Shown here piece after piece: positions 29,052 to 38,218 of a stretch of 64,000 nt of DNA; position 1 is the stretch's first letter, and every line of letters begins with the position of its first letter. The DNA comes from Ruthenibacterium sp. (GTDB lineage: Bacteria; Bacillota; Clostridia; Oscillospirales; Ruminococcaceae): the NCBI GenBank assembly GCA_036642215.1, contig JAVXUG010000001.1, forward strand, positions 11,896 through 75,895, written 5' to 3'. The notes beneath the pieces are model-generated. The model saw only the letters and a list, made by a program, of their open reading frames with translations. It was not told the origin of the DNA and did no database searches. Made by a program: the position numbers and the translations under genes.

Positions 29052-29972
29052 ATGACGTACCGCCTTGCGCAAAACATCGGTGACAGCACGGCTGTGCCGC
29101 AGCTTGTGTTTGCAAAGCTGTCGATTGCCGAGGATGAATGGGTGCGCGTAGCTCTTTACAGCATCGCAACCGGTGACTTTGACCCCGCCTCCATCGCGCG
29201 ATGCCTACGGCTGAAAAGCGCAGAAAAAGCGTCCGAAGCGTTGCTGTTCTGGAAGGGCGCGGGGCTTTTTGAAAGCTGCGACGCAATCCGAAACGATACT
29301 GCTTGCGCGTCCGCTGAAACAAAGCGCGCCCATCTGACAACACCGGAAGTATCCAGTGCCGCTGCGGGCGATGCTTCCATTGCCTCTCTTGTGCAAGAGT
29401 GTCAGCGCTTGATGGGTGGTGTTATCACACAGGCGGACACCAATATTCTTGTCTCTATGTACGTTGCCGACGGAATGCCCGTCGATATGATTTTGCTGGG
29501 TGTGGCACACTTTGCCGCGCAGGGAAAACGCAGCGCACGCTATGTCGAGCGAGCATTACTGGGCTGGCAGCGCGACGGAATTGACAGCGGCGCTGCGGCA
29601 GAGCAGTATTTAAAGCAGCTTGAGCACCGCAGAGAATGCGAGCAGTGCGCGGCAAAGCTGTTTGAAATTGCCGACGGAAAGCTGCCGAAAGCAGACAGCA
29701 ATCTTGTGTGTGAATGGTTCGACGGCTTTGGCTACGATGATGCCATGATTTCCGAGGCAATCGCCTATGCAGGCGAGCACAAAACCGTTAAATATGTCAA
29801 CGGCATTTTACGGCGCTGGCACGGTAAGGGCTATAAAACTGTGCGCGATGTAATGCAGGAAAGCGCCGGAACCATGCAGAACACGCAGGTGTCAAATCCC
29901 GACGCAAAAACCGTATTGGACGGCGGGATGAAACGTGTGCCCGTATTTCACGCAGGAGGTGACGCAAAATGA
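29052..29972 (+). CDS. DnaD/DnaB_C-domain replication protein
   Basis: Two DnaD-like repeats: ARYVERALLGWQRDGI and VKYVNGILRRWHGKGYKT. Confidence 0.85.
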   Translation: MTYRLAQNIGDSTAVPQLVFAKLSIAEDEWVRVALYSIATGDFDPASIARCLRLKSAEKASEALLFWKGAGLFESCDAIRNDTACASAETKRAHLTTPEVSSAAAGDASIASLVQECQRLMGGVITQADTNILVSMYVADGMPVDMILLGVAHFAAQGKRSARYVERALLGWQRDGIDSGAAAEQYLKQLEHRRECEQCAAKLFEIADGKLPKADSNLVCEWFDGFGYDDAMISEAIAYAGEHKTVKYVNGILRRWHGKGYKTVRDVMQESAGTMQNTQVSNPDAKTVLDGGMKRVPVFHAGGDAK

Positions 29973-30934
29973 CACAGGATGAATTGTATCGAAAGGCGTA
30001 TCGCATCGTGGCGGGACGCCGGCAGCAGGCCGTCACCGATGCCTATACCGCACAATCGCGTGCTCATGCCATGCTGCCGCAGCTGGAGGCGCTGCAAAGT
30101 GAAATAACGCTGTCGGGCATTCGTGCGGCTAAATTAGCTGCCGTGGGTGCATCGTCCGCCGAGACGGAGCATGCTCTTGCTCAGTCCCGTGCCCTGCATC
30201 AACAGCGCGAAGAATTGCTGCGCAGCGCGGGATTTAGCGCAAACGCGCTTGCACCGCAGTACACCTGTCCCTTGTGCAGCGATACCGGACGCATAGACGG
30301 ACGCGTATGCACCTGCGTGCAGGCGCTTGTGCGCAGTATGCGCCAAGCGGAGGTAAACGAGACCTCTCCCCTTTCCCTGTGCAGCTTTGAAACCTTTGAC
30401 CTTGGGAAATATCCTGAGACGATGCTGCCCGAATGCGGTACCACTGTACGCGCGCAGATGACGCAAATTTTCGACTATTGTGTTGCCTATGCACAGCATT
30501 TTTCGCGTGCAAACGGCAGCTTATATCTATGCGGTTTTGCGGGGCTGGGCAAGACACACCTTGCGCTGTCGATTGCAAACGCTGTGCTGGCAAAGGGCTT
30601 TGACGTAGTATATGTCAGTGCGCAGGATGCATTTGACCGCATGGAGAAAGAACGCTTTGGTGCGGAGGGAAACACGCTGCGCACGCTTGAAAGCGCTGAG
30701 CTTTTGATCTTGGATGACCTAGGCACCGAATTTATCACGCCCTATGTCAGTGCATGCTTATACAGCGTCATCAATACGCGCTGCAACCGTCGTCTGCCTA
30801 CAATTTACACCAGTAATATTGTAAAAGATGCAGATTTGCGCCGCCGCTACACGGAGAAGATTGTGTCACGCCTGCTGGGAAGCTGTGAGGTATTGACCTT
30901 TTGCGGTGAAGATATCCGTTTGATGAATAAGTAA
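29969..30934 (+). CDS. DnaC/DnaI/IstB-like helicase loader ATPase
   Basis: Zn-finger CPLCSDTG...CTC, Walker A GFAGLGKTH, Walker B LLILDDLGTE; ATGA-coupled to dnaD. Confidence 0.88.
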   Translation: MTQDELYRKAYRIVAGRRQQAVTDAYTAQSRAHAMLPQLEALQSEITLSGIRAAKLAAVGASSAETEHALAQSRALHQQREELLRSAGFSANALAPQYTCPLCSDTGRIDGRVCTCVQALVRSMRQAEVNETSPLSLCSFETFDLGKYPETMLPECGTTVRAQMTQIFDYCVAYAQHFSRANGSLYLCGFAGLGKTHLALSIANAVLAKGFDVVYVSAQDAFDRMEKERFGAEGNTLRTLESAELLILDDLGTEFITPYVSACLYSVINTRCNRRLPTIYTSNIVKDADLRRRYTEKIVSRLLGSCEVLTFCGEDIRLMNK

Positions 30935-30992
30935 CCCTCAAATGCCAAAAACGCAGGGTTGCTGTGTTTACAAGAAAACAACAAGGAGAATT

Positions 30993-32366
30993 ATGGAAAG
31001 AACCGAAAATATTATGGGCACAAAGCCCGTGAAAAGCCTGCTGATTGGCATGGCCTTCCCTATCATGTGCAGTATGCTTGTCCAAGCGCTGTATAATATT
31101 GTGGACAGCGTTTTTGTTGCTATTTTGAGCGAAAATGCGCTGACCAGTGTAAGTCTTATTTTCCCCATTCAAAACCTGATGATCGCCGTGGCTGTCGGAA
31201 CAGCCGTTGGTATGAATGCGCTGCTGTCAAGACGCCTTGGAGAAAAAAATTATGCTGCGGCAAACCGCGTTGCAAATAACGGCGTTTTTCTTGCCGTTTG
31301 CAGCGCGCTTTTGTTTGCAGTAATCGGTATTTTTGGCAGCAAGCCGTTTATGTCCGCATTTACGGACAACCCCGCAATTGCCAAGGACGGCGCAACCTAT
31401 ATGTTTATTTGCACCGTGTTTTCACTTGGCCTGTTTGTGGAGATTATGCTAGAACGCATTGTTCAAGTAACGGGGAAAACCGTATATCAGATGTGCAGCC
31501 AGATGACGGGCGCAATGATCAACATTGTGCTTGACCCCATTCTTATTTTCGGTCTGCTTGGCGCGCCTAAAATGGGTGTCACGGGTGCGGCCATCGCAAC
31601 GGTCATCGGTCAGTGGTGCGGCATGCTGCTTTGCCTTGTCCTAAATTTGCTGCACAACCGCGAGGTGCGCTTAAAGTGGGCGGACATGATACCGCACTGG
31701 CGCACCATACGCGGCATTTATCAAGTGGGGCTTCCCACCATCGTCATGCAGAGCATCGGCAGCGTGATGGTGTTTGGCATGAACCGTATTCTGATTGCTT
31801 TTACCGAGACTGCCGTCTCCGTTTTCGGTGTCTATTTTAAGCTGAACAGCTTTATCTTTATGCCTGTATTTGGTCTTACCAATGCGCTGATTCCGATTGT
31901 TGGCTACAACTACGGTGCGCGCAACAAGCGGCGCATCACAGACGCAACACGTCTTTCTGTTTTCATCGCCGTGGGCATTATGCTGGCGGGCACGCTGCTG
32001 TTTCAATTTGCTCCGGCACAGCTTTTGTCACTGTTCAGCGCGTCGGAGGAGATGATTTCCATCGGCGTTCCCGCGCTGCGTATTATTTCCATCAGCTTTA
32101 GCTTTGCCGCCGTAGCCATCGTGTTTTCCTGCATGTTTCAAGCGCTGGGCGAGGGCATGCTCAGTTTGTGGATGAGTCTTGTGCGCCAACTTGTAATTTT
32201 GCTGCCGTGCGCATGGCTGCTTGCAAAATGGCAAGGGTTGGACGCTGTATGGTACAGCTTTTTAATTGCAGAGTTTTTCTCGCTCATCATGGCGATTTTA
32301 TTCTTCCGCCACACCTATCGCACACGTATTGTTCCGCTGGACAGCCCCCCCTCCAATAAAAGCTGA
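30993..32366 (+). CDS. MATE-family efflux transporter
   Basis: ALYNIVDSVFV, NIVLDPILIFG...MGVTGAAIATVI and IVGYNYGA. Confidence 0.95.
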   Translation: MERTENIMGTKPVKSLLIGMAFPIMCSMLVQALYNIVDSVFVAILSENALTSVSLIFPIQNLMIAVAVGTAVGMNALLSRRLGEKNYAAANRVANNGVFLAVCSALLFAVIGIFGSKPFMSAFTDNPAIAKDGATYMFICTVFSLGLFVEIMLERIVQVTGKTVYQMCSQMTGAMINIVLDPILIFGLLGAPKMGVTGAAIATVIGQWCGMLLCLVLNLLHNREVRLKWADMIPHWRTIRGIYQVGLPTIVMQSIGSVMVFGMNRILIAFTETAVSVFGVYFKLNSFIFMPVFGLTNALIPIVGYNYGARNKRRITDATRLSVFIAVGIMLAGTLLFQFAPAQLLSLFSASEEMISIGVPALRIISISFSFAAVAIVFSCMFQALGEGMLSLWMSLVRQLVILLPCAWLLAKWQGLDAVWYSFLIAEFFSLIMAILFFRHTYRTRIVPLDSPPSNKS

Positions 32367-32398
32367 AAACACTTTGCACCTCTTAGGATAAGTTTTTG

Positions 32399-32431
32399 TT
32401 GCAAAACATCCACCAAAGTGGTATACTTTGG
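32399..32431 (+). promoter_or_regulatory. SigA-type promoter of the nitrogenase-like operon with overlapping 7-5-7 inverted repeat
   Basis: TTGCAA(32399-32404)-17-TATACT(32422-32427) with extended TG; CCAAAGT-ggtat-ACTTTGG (32413-32431). Confidence 0.7.
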
Positions 32432-32460
32432 GAAATAATTCTGACATTGAAAATTCGTTT

Positions 32461-32556
32461 TGAGATGGAAGATACAGATCTACGGCTTTTTAGGATTCCT
32501 CTGTAGAGGTATTCTTGTCCCGTTATCGCTGCATCTTTCGGATGCAGCGATTTTTT
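32461..32556 (+). promoter_or_regulatory. Structured 5' leader with internal intrinsic terminator (putative attenuator/riboswitch)
   Basis: Imperfect stem aagatac..tctac / gtaga..gtattctt, then the perfect hairpin ATCGCTGCATC-tttcg-GATGCAGCGAT followed by a T run, about 75 nt before the first start codon. Confidence 0.65.
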
Positions 32557-32629
32557 ATTGCCGTTACACTTGCCCGCTCACGCGGGTGCACAGCTTAAAA
32601 AGCACACGGTGGAAAGATGAGGAAATAGC

Positions 32630-32887
32630 ATGGAATCACGCGTAGCGGTCATCGGTATTATCGTGGAGGAGGAATCGGCGGCAGAGCCGCTGAACGCCAT
32701 CCTGCACGAATACGGCAAATTCATTGTCGGGCGCATGGGCATTCCCTATCGCGCCAAGGGCATCCATATTATTAGCATCGCCGTGGACGCGCCGCAGGAT
32801 GTCATCAGCGCGCTCTCGGGCAAAATCGGCAGGTTGACGGGTGTGAGCGCCAAAACGGCGTACTCGAACGTCATCACACCGTCATGA
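32630..32887 (+). CDS. TM1266-family 'iron-only hydrogenase system regulator' (ACT/NikR-C-like)
   Basis: RVAVIGIIVE...LNAILHEYGKFIVGRMGIPY...IISIAVDAPQDVISALSGKIGRLTGVSAKT. Confidence 0.88.
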   Translation: MESRVAVIGIIVEEESAAEPLNAILHEYGKFIVGRMGIPYRAKGIHIISIAVDAPQDVISALSGKIGRLTGVSAKTAYSNVITPS

Positions 32888-33906
32888 GGCGCGCGCGCGC
32901 GGTCGGTGCGCTTTCGCCGGCGTGGAAAATTGCGCTGCTTCTGCTGCCGATTCTCGCGGCGATAGCGGCGCTGGGCATCGGACGCATTGTCATTGCGCCG
33001 GCGGATGTTTTGCGCTCACTTTCGGCAAAGCTGACAGGCGGAGCCGGCCTTTCACAGCAGATGGAAACCGTCCTATGGACCATTCGCCTGCCTCGTATTC
33101 TTTTGGCTCTTTTAGTCGGGGCAGGACTTTCTGTGGCAGGCTGTGCGTTTCAAAGTTTGTTTGCAAATCCGCTTGCAACACCCGATACGCTTGGCGTTGC
33201 AAGCGGTGCCAGCTTTGGTGCCGCGCTTGGGCTGTTGCTTGGACTTGGGCTTGTCGGTGTGCAGGCACTTGCACTTGCACTTGGCGCGGCGGCTGTGGCG
33301 CTGACCTGGCTTGCGGGCAGTGGGCGCGGCAGCGGCATGAGCGGAACGGTGCTGTCCGGCATTATGATTGGCTCTTTGTTTACGGCGCTTGTCTCCCTTG
33401 TCAAGTTTGTTGCGGACACAGAGTCGCAGCTGCCCGCCATCAGCTACTGGCTGATGGGCAGCCTTTCCTCGGCGGGTTATTCGTCTCTTGCCCTCGGTGC
33501 GCCGCCCATTCTGCTTGGCATTGCCGTGCTGTTTTTATTGCGCTGGCGGCTGAATTTACTGCCGCTGTCCGAGGATGAGGCACGCGCAAGCGGGACAAAT
33601 ATTCGTTTGCTGCGCGGTGTCACCGTGGTATGCGCTACTGCTATTACGGCATCATGCGTGTCAATGTGCGGACAGGTCGGTTGGATCGGGCTGCTCATTC
33701 CGCATATGTGCCGCATGAAATTTGGCAACAACCATCTTTCTGTCTTGCCCGCATCCATCAGCCTTGGCGCAACATTTCTTGTTGTTGTGGATACGCTCGC
33801 ACGCAGTGCAACCGCGTCTGAAATTCCTGTTTCCATCCTTACTGCTATCATTGGCGCACCGTTTTTTATTGTGTTGATGCGCCGTTCAGAGGGGTGGCAG
33901 CTATGA
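32884..33906 (+). CDS. FecCD/BtuC-family ABC permease
   Basis: IRLPRILLALLVGAGLSVAG, NPLATPDTLGVASGA, WLMGSL, DEARASG and GWIGLLIPH. Confidence 0.93.
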   Translation: MRRARAVGALSPAWKIALLLLPILAAIAALGIGRIVIAPADVLRSLSAKLTGGAGLSQQMETVLWTIRLPRILLALLVGAGLSVAGCAFQSLFANPLATPDTLGVASGASFGAALGLLLGLGLVGVQALALALGAAAVALTWLAGSGRGSGMSGTVLSGIMIGSLFTALVSLVKFVADTESQLPAISYWLMGSLSSAGYSSLALGAPPILLGIAVLFLLRWRLNLLPLSEDEARASGTNIRLLRGVTVVCATAITASCVSMCGQVGWIGLLIPHMCRMKFGNNHLSVLPASISLGATFLVVVDTLARSATASEIPVSILTAIIGAPFFIVLMRRSEGWQL

Positions 33907-35078
33907 CGCTGGCAGTAGAGCACGCTAGCTTTGGCTATGCAAAATGCGGAGAAGTTTTGCGGGATGTCACCTTTACCGCAAACGCAGGCGATCTTGTAGC
34001 GGTTCTTGGCCCGAACGGTTCCGGAAAAACAACGTTGCTGCGCTGTATGATGGGATTTTTGCGCTGGACAGACGGATGCAGCACCTTGGACGGCGCAAAC
34101 ATCCGCACACTGCCGCCCCGCAAATTGTGGCAGGCGATGGCCTATGTGCCCCAAGCGCGCAATGTCACGGCGGCCTACACGGCCGAGGAGATGGTTTTGC
34201 TCGGGCGCAGCAGCCGTTTAAGTGCACTGTCACAGCCCGCCGCGCAGGACTTTGACGCGGCGCATGCCGTGATGGAAACGCTGCACATTCTGCCGCTGCG
34301 ACGCAAGAAATGCAGTGAAATCAGCGGTGGAGAATTGCAGATGGTGCTGATTGCACGCGCACTTGCCGCGCAGCCGCGCGTGCTGATTTTGGACGAGCCG
34401 GAATCGAATCTTGACTTTAAAAACCAGCTTCTTATTTTAGAAACACTCTCGCACCTTGTGTCGGACGGCATGACATGCATTTTTAACACGCACTACCCTG
34501 CCCACGCGCTGCAACGCGCCAATCAATCTCTGCTGCTGTCAAGGGACGGTCACGCGCTGTTTGGCGACACCTCCGCAATTGTGACAGAGCAAAATATCGA
34601 GCAGGTTTTCGGCGTAAAGGCCGCCATCGGCGAAGTAGAGACGCGTGGCAGCATTCTGCAAAGCGTTGTGCCCATTTCTGTTTCGCAGCCGGACGCTCCA
34701 CGCTTTGCGGGCGCTCTTGCGACAAATTTTCTTCATGCAGACAAAAAAAGCGCAGACAATGCAGCACCTTGCATCCCCTCGCGCTGCGTGCTTGCCGTTG
34801 TCGCAATCATCGCGACAGATTCCGCTGTCGCTGAAAAAATCAACAAATATCTGCACGCGTACAAAGAGTTCCTCATCGGGCGCATGGGGATGCCCTATCG
34901 CGATGGCGGGGTTTTCATCATCAACGTCACGCTGGACGCACCCGAAGTTTGCGTGCGCACCTTGGTGCAGCGGCTGTCAAATTTGCCGGGGGTGAGTGTA
35001 AAAGCGACGTTTGCACCGGAATTTTCGGCCGCCGCCGGCCCGAGCGTTCCCATTGGGACAAAGGAGGATTCTCTGTGA
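33903..35078 (+). CDS. FecE/BtuD-type ABC ATPase with C-terminal TM1266-like domain
   Basis: GPNGSGKTT, ISGGELQ, LILDEPE and H-loop; C-terminal INKYLHAYKEFLIGRMGMPY...IINVTLDAP...LSNLPGVSVK aligns with the 32630 protein. Confidence 0.9.
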   Translation: MTLAVEHASFGYAKCGEVLRDVTFTANAGDLVAVLGPNGSGKTTLLRCMMGFLRWTDGCSTLDGANIRTLPPRKLWQAMAYVPQARNVTAAYTAEEMVLLGRSSRLSALSQPAAQDFDAAHAVMETLHILPLRRKKCSEISGGELQMVLIARALAAQPRVLILDEPESNLDFKNQLLILETLSHLVSDGMTCIFNTHYPAHALQRANQSLLLSRDGHALFGDTSAIVTEQNIEQVFGVKAAIGEVETRGSILQSVVPISVSQPDAPRFAGALATNFLHADKKSADNAAPCIPSRCVLAVVAIIATDSAVAEKINKYLHAYKEFLIGRMGMPYRDGGVFIINVTLDAPEVCVRTLVQRLSNLPGVSVKATFAPEFSAAAGPSVPIGTKEDSL

Positions 35079-36136
35079 CAAACCGTGAAATCATCGATGC
35101 GCTGCATGTGCGGCAAGCGCTGTCCTTTGACGCATGGGTACAGCTGATTCGCACCCGCACCGAGGACGATTGTGCCTATGCCGCACAGCTTGCGCGCACA
35201 CTTGCGCAGCAGCGCTTTGGAAAGCAAATCTATTTTCGCGGCGTGATAGAATTTACAAATTACTGCAAAAATGACTGCTATTACTGCGGCATCCGTCACG
35301 GAAACACCTGCGCCGCACGTTACCGTTTGACGCAGGACGACATTCTTGCCTGCTGTGAGGACGGCTATGCGCACGGCTTTCGCACCTTTGTTTTGCAGGG
35401 CGGCGAGGATCCCTATTTCACCGATGAGCGCCTTGTTGCAATGGTATCGGCAATTCGCGCGCGGTTTGCCGACTGTGCCATCACCTTGTCTGTGGGTGAG
35501 CGCAGCCGCGCGTCGTATCAGCGTCTGTTTGACGCGGGCGCAAACCGCTATCTTTTGCGGCACGAAACGGCGGACGCGGCGCATTATGCCCAGTTGCACC
35601 CCGCGGATATGCTGTGGGCGCACCGCATGCAGTGCCTGCGTGATTTAAAGGGCATCGGCTATCAAACGGGCTGCGGCTTTATGGTGGGCACACCCCATCA
35701 GACGGCGGAGCATCTGGCGGCGGATATGGTATTCATCGGCGCGTTTCGCCCGCAGATGATTGGCGCCGGGCCGTTTATCCCGCATAGGGACACACCCTTT
35801 TGTGACGCGCCTGCCGGAAGCGTGGCGCTTTCGCTGTTTTTGCTGAGCCTTTGCCGCATTGCACAGCCGGAGGTTCTTTTGCCCGCCACCACAGCGCTGG
35901 GAACTGTGTGCGGTGACGGACGGCAGCTTGGCGTACTGGCGGGCTGCAACGTTGTCATGCCAAATTTATCGCCGCTCTCCGTGCGCAAAAAATATATGCT
36001 TTACAACGATAAGATTGGCACAGACGACAGCGCCGCGGACGGTGTGCGCGCGCTGACACAGCAGATGGAGGCCATCGGCTACACTGTGCACGTTGGCCGC
36101 GGTGACTATAAAAAGGAGGACATGCCCCATGATTAA
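35075..36136 (+). CDS. hydE: HydE-family radical SAM enzyme
   Basis: GTG start after AAGGAGG; [17 protein letters not shown] (CX3CX2C), [40 protein letters not shown] and YMLYNDK. Confidence 0.88.
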   Translation: MTNREIIDALHVRQALSFDAWVQLIRTRTEDDCAYAAQLARTLAQQRFGKQIYFRGVIEFTNYCKNDCYYCGIRHGNTCAARYRLTQDDILACCEDGYAHGFRTFVLQGGEDPYFTDERLVAMVSAIRARFADCAITLSVGERSRASYQRLFDAGANRYLLRHETADAAHYAQLHPADMLWAHRMQCLRDLKGIGYQTGCGFMVGTPHQTAEHLAADMVFIGAFRPQMIGAGPFIPHRDTPFCDAPAGSVALSLFLLSLCRIAQPEVLLPATTALGTVCGDGRQLGVLAGCNVVMPNLSPLSVRKKYMLYNDKIGTDDSAADGVRALTQQMEAIGYTVHVGRGDYKKEDMPHD

Positions 36137-36893
36137 GCTTGCAATGTACGGCAAAGGCGGCATCGGGAAATCGACAACCGTATCGAATTTGTCCGTTGCC
36201 CTTGCCGAAAAAGGTTACCGCGTGATGCAAATTGGCTGCGACCCGAAAGCGGATTCCACCATCAGCCTACACGGCGGAGTGGCAATTTCGACGGTACTTG
36301 AGCTTGTGCGCACCCGCAACAATGATTTTACGCTGGACGAAATGGTCACGGTCGGCGACGGCGGGGTTATTTGTGTGGAGGCAGGCGGCCCCACGCCGGG
36401 GCTTGGCTGCGCGGGGCGCGGCATTATTGCGGCCTTTGAAAAGCTGGCAGAAAAGGGCGCGTATGAAGCTTTTCAGCCCGACATCATCCTGTATGACGTT
36501 TTGGGCGACGTTGTCTGCGGCGGCTTTACCATGCCCATGCGCAGCGGCTATGCCGACAAGGTTTTTATTTTGACCTCCGGCGAAAATATGTCTTTGCACG
36601 CGGCGGGAAGCATCGCCATGGCTGTCGAAAATTTTCGCGGGCGCGGCTATGCGCAGCTGGGCGGACTGATTTTAAATCGGCGCAGCGTCAAGGACGAGGA
36701 CGCAAAGGTTGCGGAGCTTGCCGCCGATTTGCACACGGTCATTGTGGGCAGTCTGAACCGCAGCGACGCAGTGCAAGCCGCCGAGGAGCTTGGCAAAACA
36801 GTGCTTGCCGCCTTTCCTGACAGCACGATGGCGGCGGAATACCGCGCTCTGGCCGACAATGTGCTGGCTTCTTGCGGGGTGACAACATGCTGA
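36129..36893 (+). CDS. Nitrogenase iron-protein-like reductase (NifH/NflH-like)
   Basis: [37 protein letters not shown] and [11 protein letters not shown]; both [4Fe-4S] Cys ligands are present. Confidence 0.95.
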   Translation: MIKLAMYGKGGIGKSTTVSNLSVALAEKGYRVMQIGCDPKADSTISLHGGVAISTVLELVRTRNNDFTLDEMVTVGDGGVICVEAGGPTPGLGCAGRGIIAAFEKLAEKGAYEAFQPDIILYDVLGDVVCGGFTMPMRSGYADKVFILTSGENMSLHAAGSIAMAVENFRGRGYAQLGGLILNRRSVKDEDAKVAELAADLHTVIVGSLNRSDAVQAAEELGKTVLAAFPDSTMAAEYRALADNVLASCGVTTC

Positions 36894-38218
36894 CGCGCTG
36901 CAATTCCACCTCCGTCACCGAACGCGATGCCTGTGTTTTAGTTGGGGACGCATCCTTTCCGTCACCATTCCCCTCCGGCCTTGAATATGCCGCGCCCGCA
37001 CGCGGAACATGGAATATTGTCCACACGGGCATGCTCATCCCCGAAATCCACGAAATTTTCGTCTGCGCGGCAGGCTGTCTGCGCGGCGTAGTGCTGACGG
37101 CTGCGGAAATGAACGCATCGCATCGCTTTTCCACCATCGCCGTGCGCGAAAACAATGTGCTTGAGGGCGACATGGAATCGCTGATGATTGACGGCGTAGC
37201 GGATATTCTGCAAAAGCTGCCGGCACGTCCGCCCGCCGTGCTGCTGTACACAAGCTGCATTCATCACTTTATCGGGTGCGACCTTAACTTTGTGTACCAA
37301 ACGCTGCGCGAAAAATTCCCCGATGTGGCCTTTGCCGATTGCTATATGAATCCCATTCTGCGCAAGAGCGGTCTTACCCCCGATCAATTGATGCGCCGAC
37401 AGCTTTACAGTCTGCTTTTGCCGCGCGAAATAAACCCGAAAAGCGTGAACATCATCGGCAACAATCTGCCCACAGACGAGACGAGCGAGCTTGTGCAGAT
37501 GCTGCGCACAGGCGGCTTTACGCTGCGCGATATCACGCGGTGCAGCACTTATGCAGACTATCAAAAAATGGCCGAAAGCGCCCTCAACATCACGTATCAT
37601 CCGGCGGCAGCGCCCGCCGGCGACGCATTATCACAGCGGTTATCGCAGCGTCATCTGTCTTTGCCGCTGTGCTATGGTTATGACGAAATAGCGCGAAATC
37701 TCAGCACGCTTGCCGTAGCGCTCGGCATGGAAGCGCCCGATCCGGCGCCGCGCATTGCCGCGTGCGAGGCGGCGCTTTCGGCGGCGCTGAGCGTCATCGG
37801 GAACGCGCCGATTGCCCTTGATTACACCGCCACCATGCGTCCGCTTGGGCTGGCGCGGCTGCTGCTTTCGCACGGCTTTCATGTGCAGCGCATTTATCTT
37901 GACAGCATCACGCCGGAGGAAAAAGAAGATTTTGACTGGCTGCGCACAAACGCGCCGTCGCTGCTTTTCTATGCCACGGTGCAGGTAAAGCTGCGCGTAC
38001 TGCCGCGCCGCACAGCAGAAAAAACGCTTGCCATCGGACAAAAAGCCGCCTATTTTACAGGCACGGATTATTTTGTCAATATAGTTGAGGGCGGCGGCAT
38101 GTACGGCTTTGACGGCATTTGCCGCATAGCGCAACAGATGCAAAGCGCATTTCTGCACGCAAAAAATGCAAAAAATTTAATTCAACTGAAAGGGCTTGGC
38201 TGCGGGTGCTGCGTATGA
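36887..38218 (+). CDS. Nitrogenase component 1-like alpha subunit (NifD/NflD-like)
   Basis: [30 protein letters not shown] and SVNIIGN fit the oxidored_nitro fold; no Cys or His where the FeMo-co ligands are expected. Confidence 0.85.
   Translation: MLTRCNSTSVTERDACVLVGDASFPSPFPSGLEYAAPARGTWNIVHTGMLIPEIHEIFVCAAGCLRGVVLTAAEMNASHRFSTIAVRENNVLEGDMESLMIDGVADILQKLPARPPAVLLYTSCIHHFIGCDLNFVYQTLREKFPDVAFADCYMNPILRKSGLTPDQLMRRQLYSLLLPREINPKSVNIIGNNLPTDETSELVQMLRTGGFTLRDITRCSTYADYQKMAESALNITYHPAAAPAGDALSQRLSQRHLSLPLCYGYDEIARNLSTLAVALGMEAPDPAPRIAACEAALSAALSVIGNAPIALDYTATMRPLGLARLLLSHGFHVQRIYLDSITPEEKEDFDWLRTNAPSLLFYATVQVKLRVLPRRTAEKTLAIGQKAAYFTGTDYFVNIVEGGGMYGFDGICRIAQQMQSAFLHAKNAKNLIQLKGLGCGCCV

Noticed and set aside
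29052-30934. dnaD-dnaC pair as a prophage or IS21 replication module
   Set aside because: No integrase, IstA transposase, structural genes or att-like repeats; the flanks are housekeeping genes, and this pair is commonly chromosomal in Clostridia.
32460-32645. 61-aa ORF in the nitrogenase-like operon leader
   Set aside because: TTG start without an RBS, and it runs through the terminator hairpin. The region is better explained as RNA structure.
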